64,000 nucleotides of DNA, taken from the NCBI RefSeq assembly GCF_006345805.1, contig NC_042997.1, positions 74,586,001 through 74,650,000 on the forward strand, read 5' to 3'. The notes below the pieces were generated by a model, which saw nothing but the letters and a program-made list of their open reading frames with translations, was not told the origin of the DNA and did no database searches. The position numbers and the translations under genes are program-made. Positions 14,921-27,994 of this stretch are shown in pieces. The stretch's first letter is position 1. Each line of letters opens with the position of its first letter. The DNA comes from Octopus sinensis. Taxonomy: Eukaryota.

Positions 14921-15009
14921 GCCATCAAACTGGTTGATATGTGATTTACAGGGCACTGAAATTCCAGTCTCTATAAGAAAATAGAAAGGATTGCAGTTTT
15001 GTAGAAATT

Positions 15010-15470
15010 AATTATTTATTGTTTCTAATGAGATTCTTTGTTCATCACACATTTGCAACTTTGGCTCTACAGATGACTGTTTCATTGTCAAGTGGGGTAA
15101 TTGAGCCCACGTACTCCCCAAATATTTGAAGATCTTTATATATTTTAAGTTTTTGTCAATAGTGGTGATAGGAGTGGTAGTGAATTGATGAACTGGTTGT
15201 TGTTTTATACCTGTTTTTGTTCGGGGATGGTGCTTTGACTGATGAATGACTTTGATTGTTTTAATGCTGGTGGTGAAACTGAAAGCTTTACTCAAATTAG
15301 GAAAATGATTCCCAAGCTCTTGTGCTTCTTCAATAAATGTTGCAACAAGTACATCGTCATCAGAAAACAGTTATGTATCACTTCCACTCAAGTATTTTTT
15401 GCTTTGAAAGTGCTTGTGATTCAAAAGGCTATCACTGGTATGGAATTGGAATTATACATGTAAATGGAAA
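15010..15470 (-). mobile_element. Old non-LTR RT fragment of a different family
   Basis: LFSDDDVL (FADD-like) followed by FKYLGS. Confidence 0.5.
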
Positions 15471-15497
15471 TCATCATAAGCATACACATATGTTTAG

Positions 15498-18186
15498 CCC
15501 TTTCAATACTAGCCATAGCTGGCTGAAAAATTTTGGTTCAAACGACCAACCCATTATCTAAATGTGAATTTGAACACATTTGTGAAAGCACGTGATATCA
15601 CTTTTTAAATAGTTGAGTTGTAGTATCCAACATTGTTTGATGTGATATCTGAACTTAGTGAATTTTGGGAGATTTTTTTTCCCACATTTTTTCTGTGTCA
15701 ATTTTTTTCAACATTAAAAATAGATAGGTGTTTCATGTTATCAAGCAGTGATTCCAAATTTGAAGGTTTTTCAACAGAAGATATGGAGATATTGAGAAAA
15801 AGAATGAAGTACAAAAGCACCTGGAGTACAAGAATGAAAAAGATATTTCTGTATCCAAAACTGAAAGCAGTGATTCTGAAGAAACTGAAAGCAGTGATAG
15901 CAACAGTGAGGACAATGGAGTAAAAACTTAAAAAACATTTTTATTAACAATTTTTTTGAGGAGATAGGGTCTACCCATAGTCTTTCTCAGGAAGCGAAAC
16001 CATTAGACTTTTTTTTCTTATTTTTTCTAGTATTCTTGTTTGAAGCCATCACTGGCTTCAAACCGTTACGCAGAATATAAACAAACTGGAAAAAAAGATA
16101 GCTTGTGGTTTCCCACTACCACAGAAGAAACATGGGCATTTTTTGCCATAAATATTATTATGGGTATAAGACAATTACCCAGGATTACAAATTACTGGAG
16201 CAATCAGGAACCTTTTGGTGATCAGCACATTTCCATATTATGTCACAAATATGGTTTGTGAAACTGAACCAGTATTTACATGCAAGAGACACAAGCAGTA
16301 CCCCAGTATGTGGAGAACTGAACTTTGATCCCTTATTTTAAATAAGACCCCTCATTGACTGCATTCAAAATGCATATAAAACACTTTACAACCCTGAGAG
16401 ATACTTATCCATCAATGAGAGCATGGTGGGGTATAAAGGAAGGGTATGCTTCCAACAGTATATGCTAGGAAAGCTCATGAAATGGGGTATCAAAGTTTGG
16501 AAAATATGTGAAGCAAATACTGGGTACTGCTGTGGAGTTAGCTTTTATACTGGGAAAAGAGACAATAATATTAGGGTACGGTGTGGTCTGGAATTTATCA
16601 CTTCCATATCATAACCAGGGCCATATGTTACTTTTTGACCGATTATTTAGTTCAGTCAAACTTGCAGTGGATTTAGAAGCTGTGACAATGTATATGTGTG
16701 CTACAGTAATTGGTAGTAGAAAAGGGCTGCCATTGGATATAAAAAAAGCAAAATTAAAAAAGAGAGGTAAAATAATCTGTTAGCGACCGCATACAGAGAT
16801 AAGAGGCAGATAAATTTTCTATCTACCAGTGCACAACTATGTGTAGATGAAAATGGCACCCCATTTGTGAACCTTGATTATAACAGGTACATGGGCAGTG
16901 TAGATCAGCTGAACCAAATGATGAGTTATTATCCAGCTAGTAGACCGGGTAATAAATGGTGGCAATACCTGGTTTGTATATAGTAAACATGAACATTGTA
17001 AAAGCATTTATAGTATATACCAAATCAGCAAGGGCTTGCAACCGGTGTGGCCATCTGTAGTTCCAAGCAGATGTAGTGGTGCAGTTGAGGACAGGTTATT
17101 CCTTCAAAAAAATAACTGCAGGAAGGAAAAGCAAAACCTGCCAGAGAGACATCCTTCTGAGTTCAGAAAAAATCAGGGGTCACAAAAGGCAGTGCCATGA
17201 ATGTCTACATCAACAAAGAAAAACTCCCAGTGGACGGCCAGTTGAAACTTCTTTCCAATGTGCATTCTGCAAGGTTGCATTATGTAGAATGGGATGTTTT
17301 ACAACTTTCCATGATAGAAATATTGTGTGAATATTGAATATATGTATGATTAGACTGTATAAATATTTTTCAAATTTACTTCGTTTTTAATTTTTATTTA
17401 CTAGTAATTTTAATTTACCTGTAACTTTAATTTGCCTGTAAGGTGAGTGACAAATTTTGATTTAATTTCTAGTGTAAATCTTTATTATATATTCTGTTGT
17501 GTCTGGGGAGAGTCATTCTCTTTTAGTGCCTTATTATTTAACACACTCACTGGTAAAATTTCCACTTATTTCTTATTTTTATTTTCTAAAATTTTCGTTG
17601 TGTGTTGCAACCTTTTCAATAGTCTTGACTCTGTCCGTTATTTACATTGCATTCCCTTTTGTTTGTTTGTGCGCATGTGTGTCTTTATTATATATGTTCT
17701 TGTGTATTCATGTATGTGTATATTTCATTTAGTTGATGTGTTTAATTTTCTAGTTTTCTTCAAAATAAATTCTAGTATTTCAGTTTATTTTACCTTTATG
17801 GAACACCTATTCTTCTGTGCATTAAATTCAACAGATAATCTGGTGATGTGCACAATTCTTCTATATTAAAATTTTGTTGCATACCCAATTGAATATTAGC
17901 TGATGACTCATTTTCTATGGTGATGTTTAAACAAAATTTTAATATTTTAATATTTTACTCAGTTTACTTGTATTTTCCTGTAATTAGAGTCACTTTGAGA
18001 CAAAAGTTATGTAATAGAATTGATTAAGAATCCTTTCTTCAATTATGTTCCAAATCTCACATTAATATGTTGATAAGTAAAAATGTTACAGATGTTTAAT
18101 GAAACTAGTCTAAATTCATGATTATTTTAGAATTTAATTGAAACTCATGGGGGTGTATTTTGGTCAGAAATATAGAAACAAAAGGG
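15498..18186 (+). mobile_element. Degenerate piggyBac DNA transposon (PGBD4-like transposase)
   Basis: Termini ttag|CCCTTT ... AAAGGG|ttaa. Transposase fragments SINESMVGYKGR, KWGIKVW, LLFDRLFSS and YNRYMGSVD, plus the C-terminal Cys-rich domain CHEC...CAFCKVALC..CFTTFH. Confidence 0.85.
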
Positions 18187-18210
18187 TTAATAACAACAGT
18201 TAAAACTCAC

Positions 18211-18367
18211 CTTATAGTCCATTTGCTCAGAGCAATTGAAGACATATACCATGATTCCTAATGCTCTTCCTAAATCTTTAGTTGTTTCTGTCTTACCAGT
18301 ACCAGCTGGACCAGCAGGGGCACCACTCATGATAAGATGAAGAGACTGAGTTAATGTTATGTAACAT
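18211..18367 (-). CDS. DNAH9/11/17: Dynein heavy chain exon carrying the AAA1 Walker A P-loop (absent from the supplied ORF track)
   Basis: Manual translation gives (R)[52 protein letters not shown]. Acceptor ttacag, donor gtgagt, 157 nt, completes the split codon from the previous exon. Confidence 0.96.
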
Positions 18368-18689
18368 CTGTAAAAGCAATGGTGAAATATTTTTAGGAGT
18401 TATACTGTTCAATCTGTTTTTCATTGATCTCATATTCACGAATTCAAACCTGCCAAAGACTGTACCTTACAGAAAAAATAAGTACAGACACATAAAACAG
18501 TTTATTGACCAATACATGTGAAGAGATTTGTATACTAATTCTATCAAGTCAAACAATCCCATACTCTGTCATTAGCTCCCTTCTTGAGTCAAATGTCTAA
18601 ATTGATATAAAATTGATGTAAACAGAAAATAAAGTTGTTTTCCCATTTAGCTACAAAAGATATTTCAAAACGACCAAAAATTAACATTC

Positions 18690-18990
18690 TTGAAGAATCA
18701 GCTCAGCATTATCCATCTACTGCCGACTGAAACTGCACTTGCATGCTGAATTTTGAAAATTATAACATATAAAGATGAGACACGTGTTATTTGTCTCTGA
18801 ATTATAAGTTAGTTGTTAAGGCCAGTTACTGATGAGAATTCGCCTAGCAGATTATTTTATTTGCTAAAGAAATTTGAAACCCAGGTATAACAGCAAAAAA
18901 TAACAAGGTAAAAGTTTTTACTTTTCGTTTCTTTCGAAAATTGCTATTAAATGTGGTTTTGGTCGTTTTGACTGCTTCTTCTAGCATGTA
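18690..18990 (+). mobile_element. About 300 bp non-coding element (solo pLTR or retrozyme-like) carrying a hammerhead; second copy at 60505-60802
   Basis: Nearly identical to the reverse complement of 60505-60802. Confidence 0.8.
18825..18891 (+). ncRNA. Minimal type I hammerhead ribozyme (predicted)
   Basis: gtta-CTGATGA-gaatt...aattt-GAAA-cccagg-TA-taac. Stem I is gtta/taac and stem III is near-palindromic. Confidence 0.8.
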
Positions 18991-19420
18991 AAAATTACCT
19001 GTTTTCTTTTGCGTCTAAATGTACACTATTTTATATTGAGAATATATTTTATATTGAGAATATGTTATTCAACATCTACAGCCACTCCTATTGATAACAA
19101 GTCTTGACCACACTAAAAAGCAGATAGTAATAATTTGTGGTCATAGACAGTTCAACTTATGCCACCAAAGCTAATAGAAATTACTACATGCTCTTGCAGG
19201 AAAAAGGAAAGTAAACTATGAATGTTAATCTTACTTTTAATTTTAATTTAATTTTATTAATAGCTCTTTTCTCTCTACATATTCCATCTGAATACATATT
19301 TTTGATAAGGTTTTTCAAAAACAGAAATACGTAAAAGGAAAATTAAAATGTACCAAATTTTAAGAAAGTAGCATATTCATTCTACTTACTTATGGGTTAT
19401 GTCTACACATTTTTTCAAAT

Positions 19421-20594
19421 ATCATCATCATCATCATCATCATCATTTAGTGTCCGCTTTCCATGCTAGCACAGGTTGGACGGTTCAACTGGGGTCTGTG
19501 AAGCCAGAAGGCTGCATCAGGCCCAGTCTGATCTGGCAGTGTTTCTACGGCTGGATGCCCTTCCTAACGCCAACCACTCCGTGAGTGTAGTGGGTGCTTT
19601 TTACGTGCCACCCACACAGGTGCTAGACGGAGCTGGCAAACGGCCACGGACGGATGGTGCTTTTTACGTGCCACCAGCACGGGGCCAGGCGAGGCTGGCA
19701 ACGGCCACGAATGGATGGTGCTACGTGCCACCGGCATGGGGGCCAGGCGAGGCTGGCAACGGCCACGATCGGATGGTTCGCTTACTTGTCACCGGCACTG
19801 GTATCACAGCTGCAATTTCCATTGATGTTGATCGACTTCGATTTTGGTTCTGCTTTCTGATATCTGATTTGATTTGGTTTGATTTTGATTTTGATTTTCA
19901 CTTGCCTCAACGGGTCTTCACAAGTGGAGTTTTGTGTCCCAAGAAGGAAAGGTATGTATAAGTCGACTGGCTACATACCAGGTAGAGGTCATGGGTTATG
20001 GTCTCACTAGTCTTGCCAGGTCTTCTCACGCACAGCATACTTCCATAGGTCTTGGTCTCTAGTCATTTCCTTGGTGAGACCTAAAGTTCGAAGGTCATGC
20101 TTCACCACCTCGTCCCAGATTTTCCTGGGTCTACCTCTTCCACAGGTTCCCTCAACTGCTAGGGTGTGGCACTTTTGCACACAACTATCTTCAGCCATTC
20201 TCGTCACATGACCATACCAGCGCAAACGTCTCTCTTGCACACCACAACTGATGCTTCTTAGGTCCAACTTTTCTCTCAAGGTACTTACACTCTGTCGATT
20301 ATGAACACTGACATTACACATCCATCGGAGCATACTGGCTTCATTTCTTGTGAGCTTACGCATATCCTCAGCAGTCACAGCCCATGATTCACTACCAATT
20401 AGCATGGCTGTACGTACACATGCATCATACAGTCTGCCTTTTACTCTGAGTGAGAGGCCTTTTGTCACCAGCAGGGGTAAGAGCTCTCTAAACTTTGCCC
20501 AGGCTATTCTTACTCTAGCAGTTACACTTTCAGCACACCCACCCCCGCTACTGACTTGGTCACCTCGGTAGCGGAAGCTATCAACTACTTCTAG
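19421..20594 (-). mobile_element. RTE LINE 3' end, 5'-truncated, with 3 copies of the 60-bp UTR repeat and a (GAT)n tail
   Basis: ORF 20007-20618 is almost identical to 57137-57604. (CAT)n at 19421-19446. Confidence 0.92.
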
Positions 20595-20596
20595 TA

Positions 20597-21715
20597 TATA
20601 AGAAATGCTAAGCCACATGAAACCTCCCTTACCAGTTTCATGAAGCTATAGAAAAGAATTTCCCAAGAAATTCACACCAAATTCACACCAAGTGAGGATA
20701 GGTTTTTCTAACACAAAAAATCTTTCACAAATCATCTCTTTGCATAATAATAAGTTGTTAAATACAAATCCACTTAATGAAAATACTAACATTGATTTTG
20801 TTAACACTAACCAAGGTTAGTGTTCGCATTCATTTTCTTAGTAATAATTCAAGAACTAGAAACTTTATTTATCAATGTAAAATTACTTCTGGTTCTGACA
20901 TCTTTTTTTATATAGGTAGTTCTTCATCTCAGTTGTCCAAAAGAATATCTTATCATTACTCTACAAATAGAGGTAGAATTAATGTCAATAGGGTTAATAT
21001 AGGTAATTTTTCTTTATAGCTTGCTTTAAGTAATGCAGAGTTATAAAATTCAGCTTTATTGTTGAAGGTATCAACATTAGCAGATAATCTAGAAAGTCTA
21101 AGTGAAATATTCCTAACTAAATTCTCTGTAATAGCCTTACTGAAAGAGTTAATAGATTTTAAATTAGTTGAGGGTTTATAGTATCGGAAATATGAATCAT
21201 TATGCAAATTAAGGGTTATATCTAAAAAGTTGGCTTTAGTTATATCATCGTCAAAAAAAATGCTCCAGCCCATGTTTCGGAAAAATTTTTGGTTAGAAGC
21301 ATTTAGAAGGTAGAGTAGACAATCATTATGATATAGACCTCCATTGATGTTTGGGAATTGGTCAGCCATCTCATAAAGGACATATATACCGACCAAATCA
21401 AAACTCCCCATCATGACATCAAAACTGTTGGGTGTATCTTTACAGACCCATAGCTTGTTATCAAATTTAATAATAGATTTTCTGGTGGCTAACACTATAT
21501 TAATTTCATCCCTGGTGAGACCTGTTTTGTTGTGAGTGAGCCAGAGTGCTTTGTTAAGTACGATTAGGTTGAAAGAAGAATAGAAACTAGAACTGTCAAA
21601 CTGGATAAACATAGTGCACTTCTTGCTATTAATAGAATTAAACCAGTCAACCACTTCAAATGAATCAGACCATAAATTAAGCTTTAATTTTTTAACTAAG
21701 GTAAGAATACATTTA
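20597..21715. mobile_element. Rearranged Penelope-like (Naiad-like) element: RT on minus, GIY-YIG part on plus
   Basis: Minus: FIQFDSSSFYSS, FDVMMGSFD, ANFLDITLNL. Plus: NFIYQCKI...FYIGSS...KRISYH. Confidence 0.75.
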
Positions 21716-21764
21716 TGTAGAATATATAGATGGGTTATAAAGAACTGATGTTAAATGATGAATA

Positions 21765-22052
21765 GCTACGTGCCAACCAAAGCCTTGTGAGTGGATTTTG
21801 TAGATGGAAACTGAAAGAAGCCTGTCATATATATATATATATGTGTGTGTATATGTGTCTGTGTTTATTCCCCCATCACCACTTGATAACCAGTGGTTTA
21901 TGACCCCATAATTTAGTGGTTTGGCAAATGAGATCAATAGAATAAGTACTAAGCTTAATGAATGAGTCCTGGTGTCGATTTGTTTGACTAAAAAACTCTG
22001 CAAGGTGGAGCTCCAGCATGCCCGCAGTCAAATGACTGAAAAAAGTAGGAGA
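21765..22052 (+). mobile_element. SINE, same family as 36445-36853
   Basis: Shares ccaaagccttgtgagtggattt...gaaactgaaagaagcc and ctccagcatg.ccgcagtcaaatgactgaaa. Confidence 0.8.
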
Positions 22053-22279
22053 GTATCATCATCATCATCATCATCATCGTTTAGCGTCTGCTTTCCATGC
22101 TAGCATGGGTTGGACAAGCTAGCATGAGTTGGACATATATAATATATATATATATATTAATAAAAGGAATTCCAACCTTGTCTGATTTTCACATTTTATT
22201 TACAATCTTATAATGATATAAGATAATATAATCTAATAAAATAAAATAAAATAATAGAATGTTAAATGTTCATTCTGAT

Positions 22280-22324
22280 TGAACTAGTACTTTCATGCAT
22301 TAAATTCTGCAATCTTCAGGTTCA
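22280..22324 (-). ncRNA. Minimal type I hammerhead ribozyme in the left pLTR (predicted)
   Basis: Reverse complement of the motif at 23732-23776. Confidence 0.75.
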
Positions 22325-23731
22325 TGTAGTAGTGGCGACAGTCATGCTTCACAATTTTTGACTGTAGCGAGATGATTGAATCTGTGCCTTAAATACAGCT
22401 GTGTAGGCTCCAGATTGCTAGGTTTTGCAAACTGTATTCTGATCAATCAGTGTGTAGTATCACTCAATTACTTAAGCTGATTGGTTGGTTGAGCTGACTG
22501 GTTTAGGCGTCACGCTTTGTTGGACATGTCAAGAGTCCCGTATCTTAACCCTGGCCGAGGCAGCAATTGTTGGGCTATTTTTAGAAATGTTGTAAATAGC
22601 CTTTGTCAGAGATTTTTATATTTTTATATTTCAATTGTCATCATCATCATTGTCAGCACCTTAATTATTGTTGCTAGTGGTGATGGTGGTGGCAATAGAA
22701 CTTTTAACCCTAAATAAGATAATTTTCCTGCTATCTAAGTATTATTATTATTATTGCTTATTTAGCTTGGGTTCAAATCATTGCCAATTGGGTTCGAATC
22801 ATTGCCCAAAGTAATGAATTAAAAGACATAATCATGGATCGAGCTACGGTTCTTAGTAAAAGACAGCCTAAAAACTTGAAAAAATTACTAACAAAGGCAA
22901 AATTTGACCTTAGCAACAAAGACCAAACATTCACTGTATCTAAATGCAATGATAGCCAATGTGGCACATGCCAATTCATACATACCAGCCAATATATAAA
23001 CACAAAAACCGGGAAAATATTCACAAACGCGAATATGAACTGCAAAAGCAGAAATTTAATTTACTGCATCAAATGCCCAAATTGTGAAGAAATATATGTA
23101 GGTCAGACGGGAAATGCACTATCAGAACGCTCATGTGTACACCGGCAACAGATTAGAGACCCAGAGGTCAGTCAGATACCTTTGAGTAACCACCTAGCAA
23201 CATGTGGTCGGAAAATATATATAATATTTCCATTCTACAAATTACACAGCCCAAGTGAAATCGAGAGGAAAATCAGAGAAAAGAATTTTATTGATAAATT
23301 CGAACCCAAGCTAAATAAGCAATAATAATGATACTTAGATAGCAGGAAAATTATCTTATTTAGGGTTAAAAGTTCTATTGCCACCACCATCACCACTAGC
23401 AACAATAATTAAGGTGCTGACAATGATGATGATGACAATTGAAATATAAAAATATAAAAATCTCTGACAAAGGCTATTTACAACATTTCTAAAAATAGCC
23501 CAGCAATTGCTGCCTCGGCCAGGGTTAAGATACAGGACTCTTGACATGTCCAACAAAGCATGATGCCTAAACCAATCAGCTTAAGAAATTGAGTGATACT
23601 ACACACTGATTGGTCAGAATACAGTTTGCAAAACCTAGCAATCTGGAGCCTACACAGCTGTATTTAAGGCACAGATTCAATCATCTCGCTACAGTCAAAA
23701 ATTGTGAAGCATGACTGTCACCACTACTACA

Positions 23732-23776
23732 TGAACCTGAAGATTGCAGAATTTAATGCATGAAAGTACTAGTTCA
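23732..23776 (+). ncRNA. Minimal type I hammerhead ribozyme in the right pLTR (predicted)
   Basis: tgaac-CTGAAGA-t tgca gaatttaa tgca t-GAAA-gtac-TA-gttca. Stem I tgaac/gttca, palindromic stem III AGTACT. Confidence 0.75.
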
Positions 23777-23939
23777 ATCAGAATGAACATTTAACATTCT
23801 ATTATTTTATTTTATTTTATTAGATTATATTATCTTATATCATTATAAGATTGTAAATAAAACGTGAAAATCAGATAAGGTTGGAATTCCTTTTATTAAT
23901 ATATTCTTCTATACACAATCACACACACCCGTATATATA

Positions 23940-23982
<43 letters not shown>

Positions 23983-24721
23983 TATTACCTGTTTCAATCA
24001 TTTGTACATGTACAACAAAATGCAAATGTATTGAGAGACAAGTGAACATAAGAGGAATCAAATGCAGCCTGCAAGAGAGAAGACTGCATTGGTTTGGACA
24101 TGTGATGCATATGGATGAAGACAGCTGTATAAAAAGTGCTGATCACTGAAAGTGGAAGACACTTGTGTAAAAGGGAGTCCCAAAAAGACATAGGATGAAG
24201 TGGTAAGGATGTTAGGTCTCACAGAAGAAATTACAGTGGGCCTAGAAAGGTTCTTGAGGAGACCTGCCCACATCAGTGATATTGAGTTCTTGAAGAGCTA
24301 TGTGTTCCACCCACACATAACAAGAAAATTGTCACACCCCACCCCAACAAACCAAACTACATCTCTTCTCTTCCTCACATCACTTTCATGCACTATGGTT
24401 ATCTCGCACCCCCCCCAATCCTGTCTTCACAGCCCTGTTCATTATATCATTGCTATCCAATAGCCTCACCCCCGCCCCACCCCCTTTATATACTCAGTCA
24501 TCTCTCTTGTACACTATATCTGATACCTCTTGTACCTAGTTTCCCTCTTATCTCATCTGTGCTTCATTTAATCATACTAATATCATACATCCAGCAAAGC
24601 ATGCTCCATTTCTTTCAAGCCCTGCACATCCTCTGCATTTAATGCTCCACCTTGCATCATCTCACTTAATACTGCATGGTGGTAAGCATCATATAACCTT
24701 TGTTTGAAGAGAGTATATAGA

Positions 24722-25155
24722 ATGGTTTCATGTGAATCTTTCTCAATGATGATCTTTAATTGACCATCATCAATGACCGATGGGTGTTCACTATGCTCAC
24801 AATCTTCAAGGCTCAGGTCTCCACTGTGAAATTGTTTAAACCATTTTTGAGCTGACCACTCACTGATCATTTCCTCACTAAATGTTTCATTGATATCATG
24901 AGCAGTTTCAGCTGCCTTATGTCCATTTTTGAAGTTGATTAGCAAAACTGCTCGAATATCACATTTGACAGTTCCATTTCTGATGATTGTAACAAGTCAA
25001 AAAAATATCAATATTAATTTATTGAAGCATTTGGGCAAGTCTATGTCTATATTATCAGACAATTGCAAAAAAATGTTTTAAAAAAATTCAAAACTGCAAA
25101 AATCCAGTACAAATTCTTCATGCTTCAAAACATTGCTTACTTTTTATTCAACCTG
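24722..25155 (-). mobile_element. Mariner transposon 5' fragment
   Basis: HTH region FKNGHKAAETAHDIN...AQKWFKQFHSGDLSLED. Confidence 0.8.
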
Positions 25156-26184
25156 ATATTTGCATGCTAACAAACACAAATGCATAAAAATTCTGTTTAG
25201 TCAACAAAAAATTGAAATATATTAAAATGTGTTGGAACTTTTCTGGCATCAAATTTCAAAGATACAAGTCATGATTAATAAGGATGAATAAGAATGTATA
25301 ACCTGCAAAATACAAAATATGCTACCTTTTGAACAACTTGTTAACTCTCCTGCCCAAAATACAAAGAAAATCCCGGCATCATACAGCCCACAATTTCTCC
25401 TACCTCTCAAACTGTAGCTGATTCTTTTGGTTTCACAAAAGGAACTTTGCAGACTTTGCAGAATGGTCTTTCCTGATACTTCTCAACCATGGTGGCTCTA
25501 AAAGCAGTACTTCACATTTGCTTCCTGCTTTGCATCCAACTCAGCACTACGTATCCTAGTTAAAATTTTCCCAAACTATCTCCCTCCACTACTTTAGATT
25601 CATCAGTACATACAAATAAGTACAAAAGTACCTCCAGTTGCTTCAAAGTGACTCTTGTAGTGACACTTCCATTACTTCAGGGCCAGTCCATATCATTGTG
25701 AAATTCTTCTTCCTTACTCTCACTACAGGGAACTATTCTGATTTTCTAAAATGCATAAAATGGCTGACCCCCAGTTGACTATCTACTTGTTACTCTCACT
25801 TCCACCATCTCATTCCAAGTAGAGAAAGCAGTCATTAACAACTACATTATCTGATAGTTTAAACACTTCTCTCTCCTTGATGATCATCTTTCACAAAGAA
25901 AATGTAGAAACCTGTTTTCCTATAGTCCTCACTGGTAGGCATTACAAAGACTGTACTTCTTTTCCAGGGCCAGAAAATACTTCAGTTCCCAAAAGTTACT
26001 AATTTTATACAAAGCTCAAGTAAGACCCATATTTGGAACAGGATTATTACTACATGTACAGACAGTCCAAAGTGCATCCGAACCTAAGCCACTCAACAGA
26101 CTGGAATGAAGTCATTTATCTTCAAGTCTTATATTATTACTCATGTTTTTCCTGCAACTGTGAACTGGCTTTAGGATAACGCAG

Positions 26185-26390
26185 CAAGTGGGCAGAATTG
26201 TTAGCATAATGCTTAGCAACAGTTCATCTGTTTTTATGTTCTGAGTTTAGATTTCTTCGAGGCTGACTTTGCCTTTTATTCTTTTGGTGCTGATAAAATA
26301 ATTACCAGTTGAATACTGGGGCTGATGCAATCAACTTACTCCCTCCTTGAAATTGCTAGCCTTGTACCAAAATCTGAAACCAATATTATT
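26185..26390 (+). mobile_element. Decayed SINE related to 27784-27994
   Basis: ggcagaattgttagca...gactttgcctttt pattern matches the minus-strand copy. Confidence 0.55.
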
Positions 26391-27109
26391 GGCTTTGGGA
26401 TTAGAGGAAGAAGATAGCATAGCTCCTACCTCCAGACCAAACATAAAAGTGCCAAAAGGAAATCTAGTGGGAAAACATATTTAACATATTCATAGCGAAT
26501 TTGAATGTGTGTGTTGGTATGGGTATTTGAGAGAGAGGGGGAGAGAGAAAGAGGGAGAGATAGAGAGAGGGGGAGAGAGAGAAAGAGAGAGAGAGAAAGA
26601 GAGAGTTTGGGTGTGTGGAATTTGAGTTTACAAACTTATCCAGACTCAAAAATTGTATAATTTTTGCCAATGCTGATCACTACCAGTTTCCTCAAACCTT
26701 GTTTTCTACATGTTATAAAGATGTGTGTGTGTGTGTGTGTATAGATAAATGCATCAAGCTAAGTAAAATCATGTTAACCTAAGTAAAACTGTTGCTTCCA
26801 CACATACCAGCTTGTCCTTTCAGGTGCTGGTACCACATAAAAAGTGCCCATGCTGGTGCTGCATCAATGTGCCCATGCTGGTGCTATGTAAACACACCTG
26901 TGCCAGTGTTAAGTGGTTGGTCTTAGGAAGGGCACCCAGCTGTAGAAACCATACCACAACAGACAAGTAGAGTCTGGACAGCTCCCTGGCTGGCCAGCTC
27001 CATGTCAAACCATCCAACACATGCCAGCATGGAAAGTGGATGTTAAACGATGATGATGATGATGATGTGTGTGTGTGTGTGCGTGCATATGTACTTATGT
27101 ATATCTTAC

Positions 27110-27402
27110 CGATCAGTCAGTGGAGTTATAACAAGTCGAGGAGTATTTCCTAAATATTCATGACCATACTGAAACTGAGCATCACAAATGTTGGCAAAGC
27201 AGTCTTTTTCTTTCTCATCCCAGCGGTGTCGTAGTTGTGACAGCCAAGTAAATGCCTGTGCACTGTCTATTTTTGCAGAAATTAGTTTTGCAACCACATC
27301 ACGTGCATGTACATCAATAGTGCATATAGTCATTATTTTCTGACGATCCCCTTTGCTTAGATCTCCAACTAACATATTGATCAAAGCATTAAGTTGGTTG
27401 AC
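27110..27402 (-). CDS. DNAH9/11/17: Dynein heavy chain exon (entry into AAA1)
   Basis: Encodes VNQLNALI...[10 protein letters not shown]...[16 protein letters not shown](R). Acceptor tttcag, donor gtaaga, 293 nt, ends in phase 2. Confidence 0.96.
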
Positions 27403-27783
27403 CTGAAAAAAATTTAAAAGATGTTTACACAAGAGATATCAAGGGGTTTGAAATTTGACTATTGTCCCTAAGGATATTAAAAGCTCAGAAACACAACAGT
27501 AAATTAAGTCAAGTTCAAAATTACAGGCTGAAAATTCTTTCAGTTGACATGCAATATGCATAGCTTCCAGTCAAGCAGTTGACTTATATTTCTTTATGAT
27601 GTAATTGTTGCTACAGAAACTAGTGACCAATATGATCCATTCAGTGATTTATAAAAGCAGTGTAGATTCTTAAGAGAAACAGGCTTATGTTAGGGAAACA
27701 ACAACAACAACAACAGCTGCTGCTGCTGCTGCTGCTGCTGGTACTACTGCTGTGAATGCATATGTGAATACAAGGTGATATAA

Positions 27784-27994
27784 TCTTTCTACTCTAGGCA
27801 CAAGGCCTGAAATTATGGAGGAGGGTGCCAGTCAATTAGATCGAATTTAGTATGCAACTGGTACTTAATTCATCAACCCCAAAAGGATGAAAGGTAAAGT
27901 TGACCTCAGTGGAATTTAAACTCAGAACGTACAGACAGACAAAATACCACTAAGCACTTCACCCGACGTGCTAACATTTCTGCCAGCTCGCCAC
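27784..27994 (-). mobile_element. tRNA-derived SINE with a perfect 16-bp target-site duplication
   Basis: ATACAAGGTGATATAA at 27768-27783 and 27995-28010. Head ggcgagctggcagaaatgttagc. Confidence 0.85.

Larger units (their letters stand above)
22154..23903 (+). mobile_element. Penelope-like (Neptune-like) element: GIY-YIG tail flanked by about 600 bp inverted pLTRs
   Basis: ORF 22834-23325 contains KCNDSQCGTC..CKSRNLIYCIKCPNCEEIYVGQTG. 22154-22777 is the reverse complement of 23298-23903. Confidence 0.9.
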
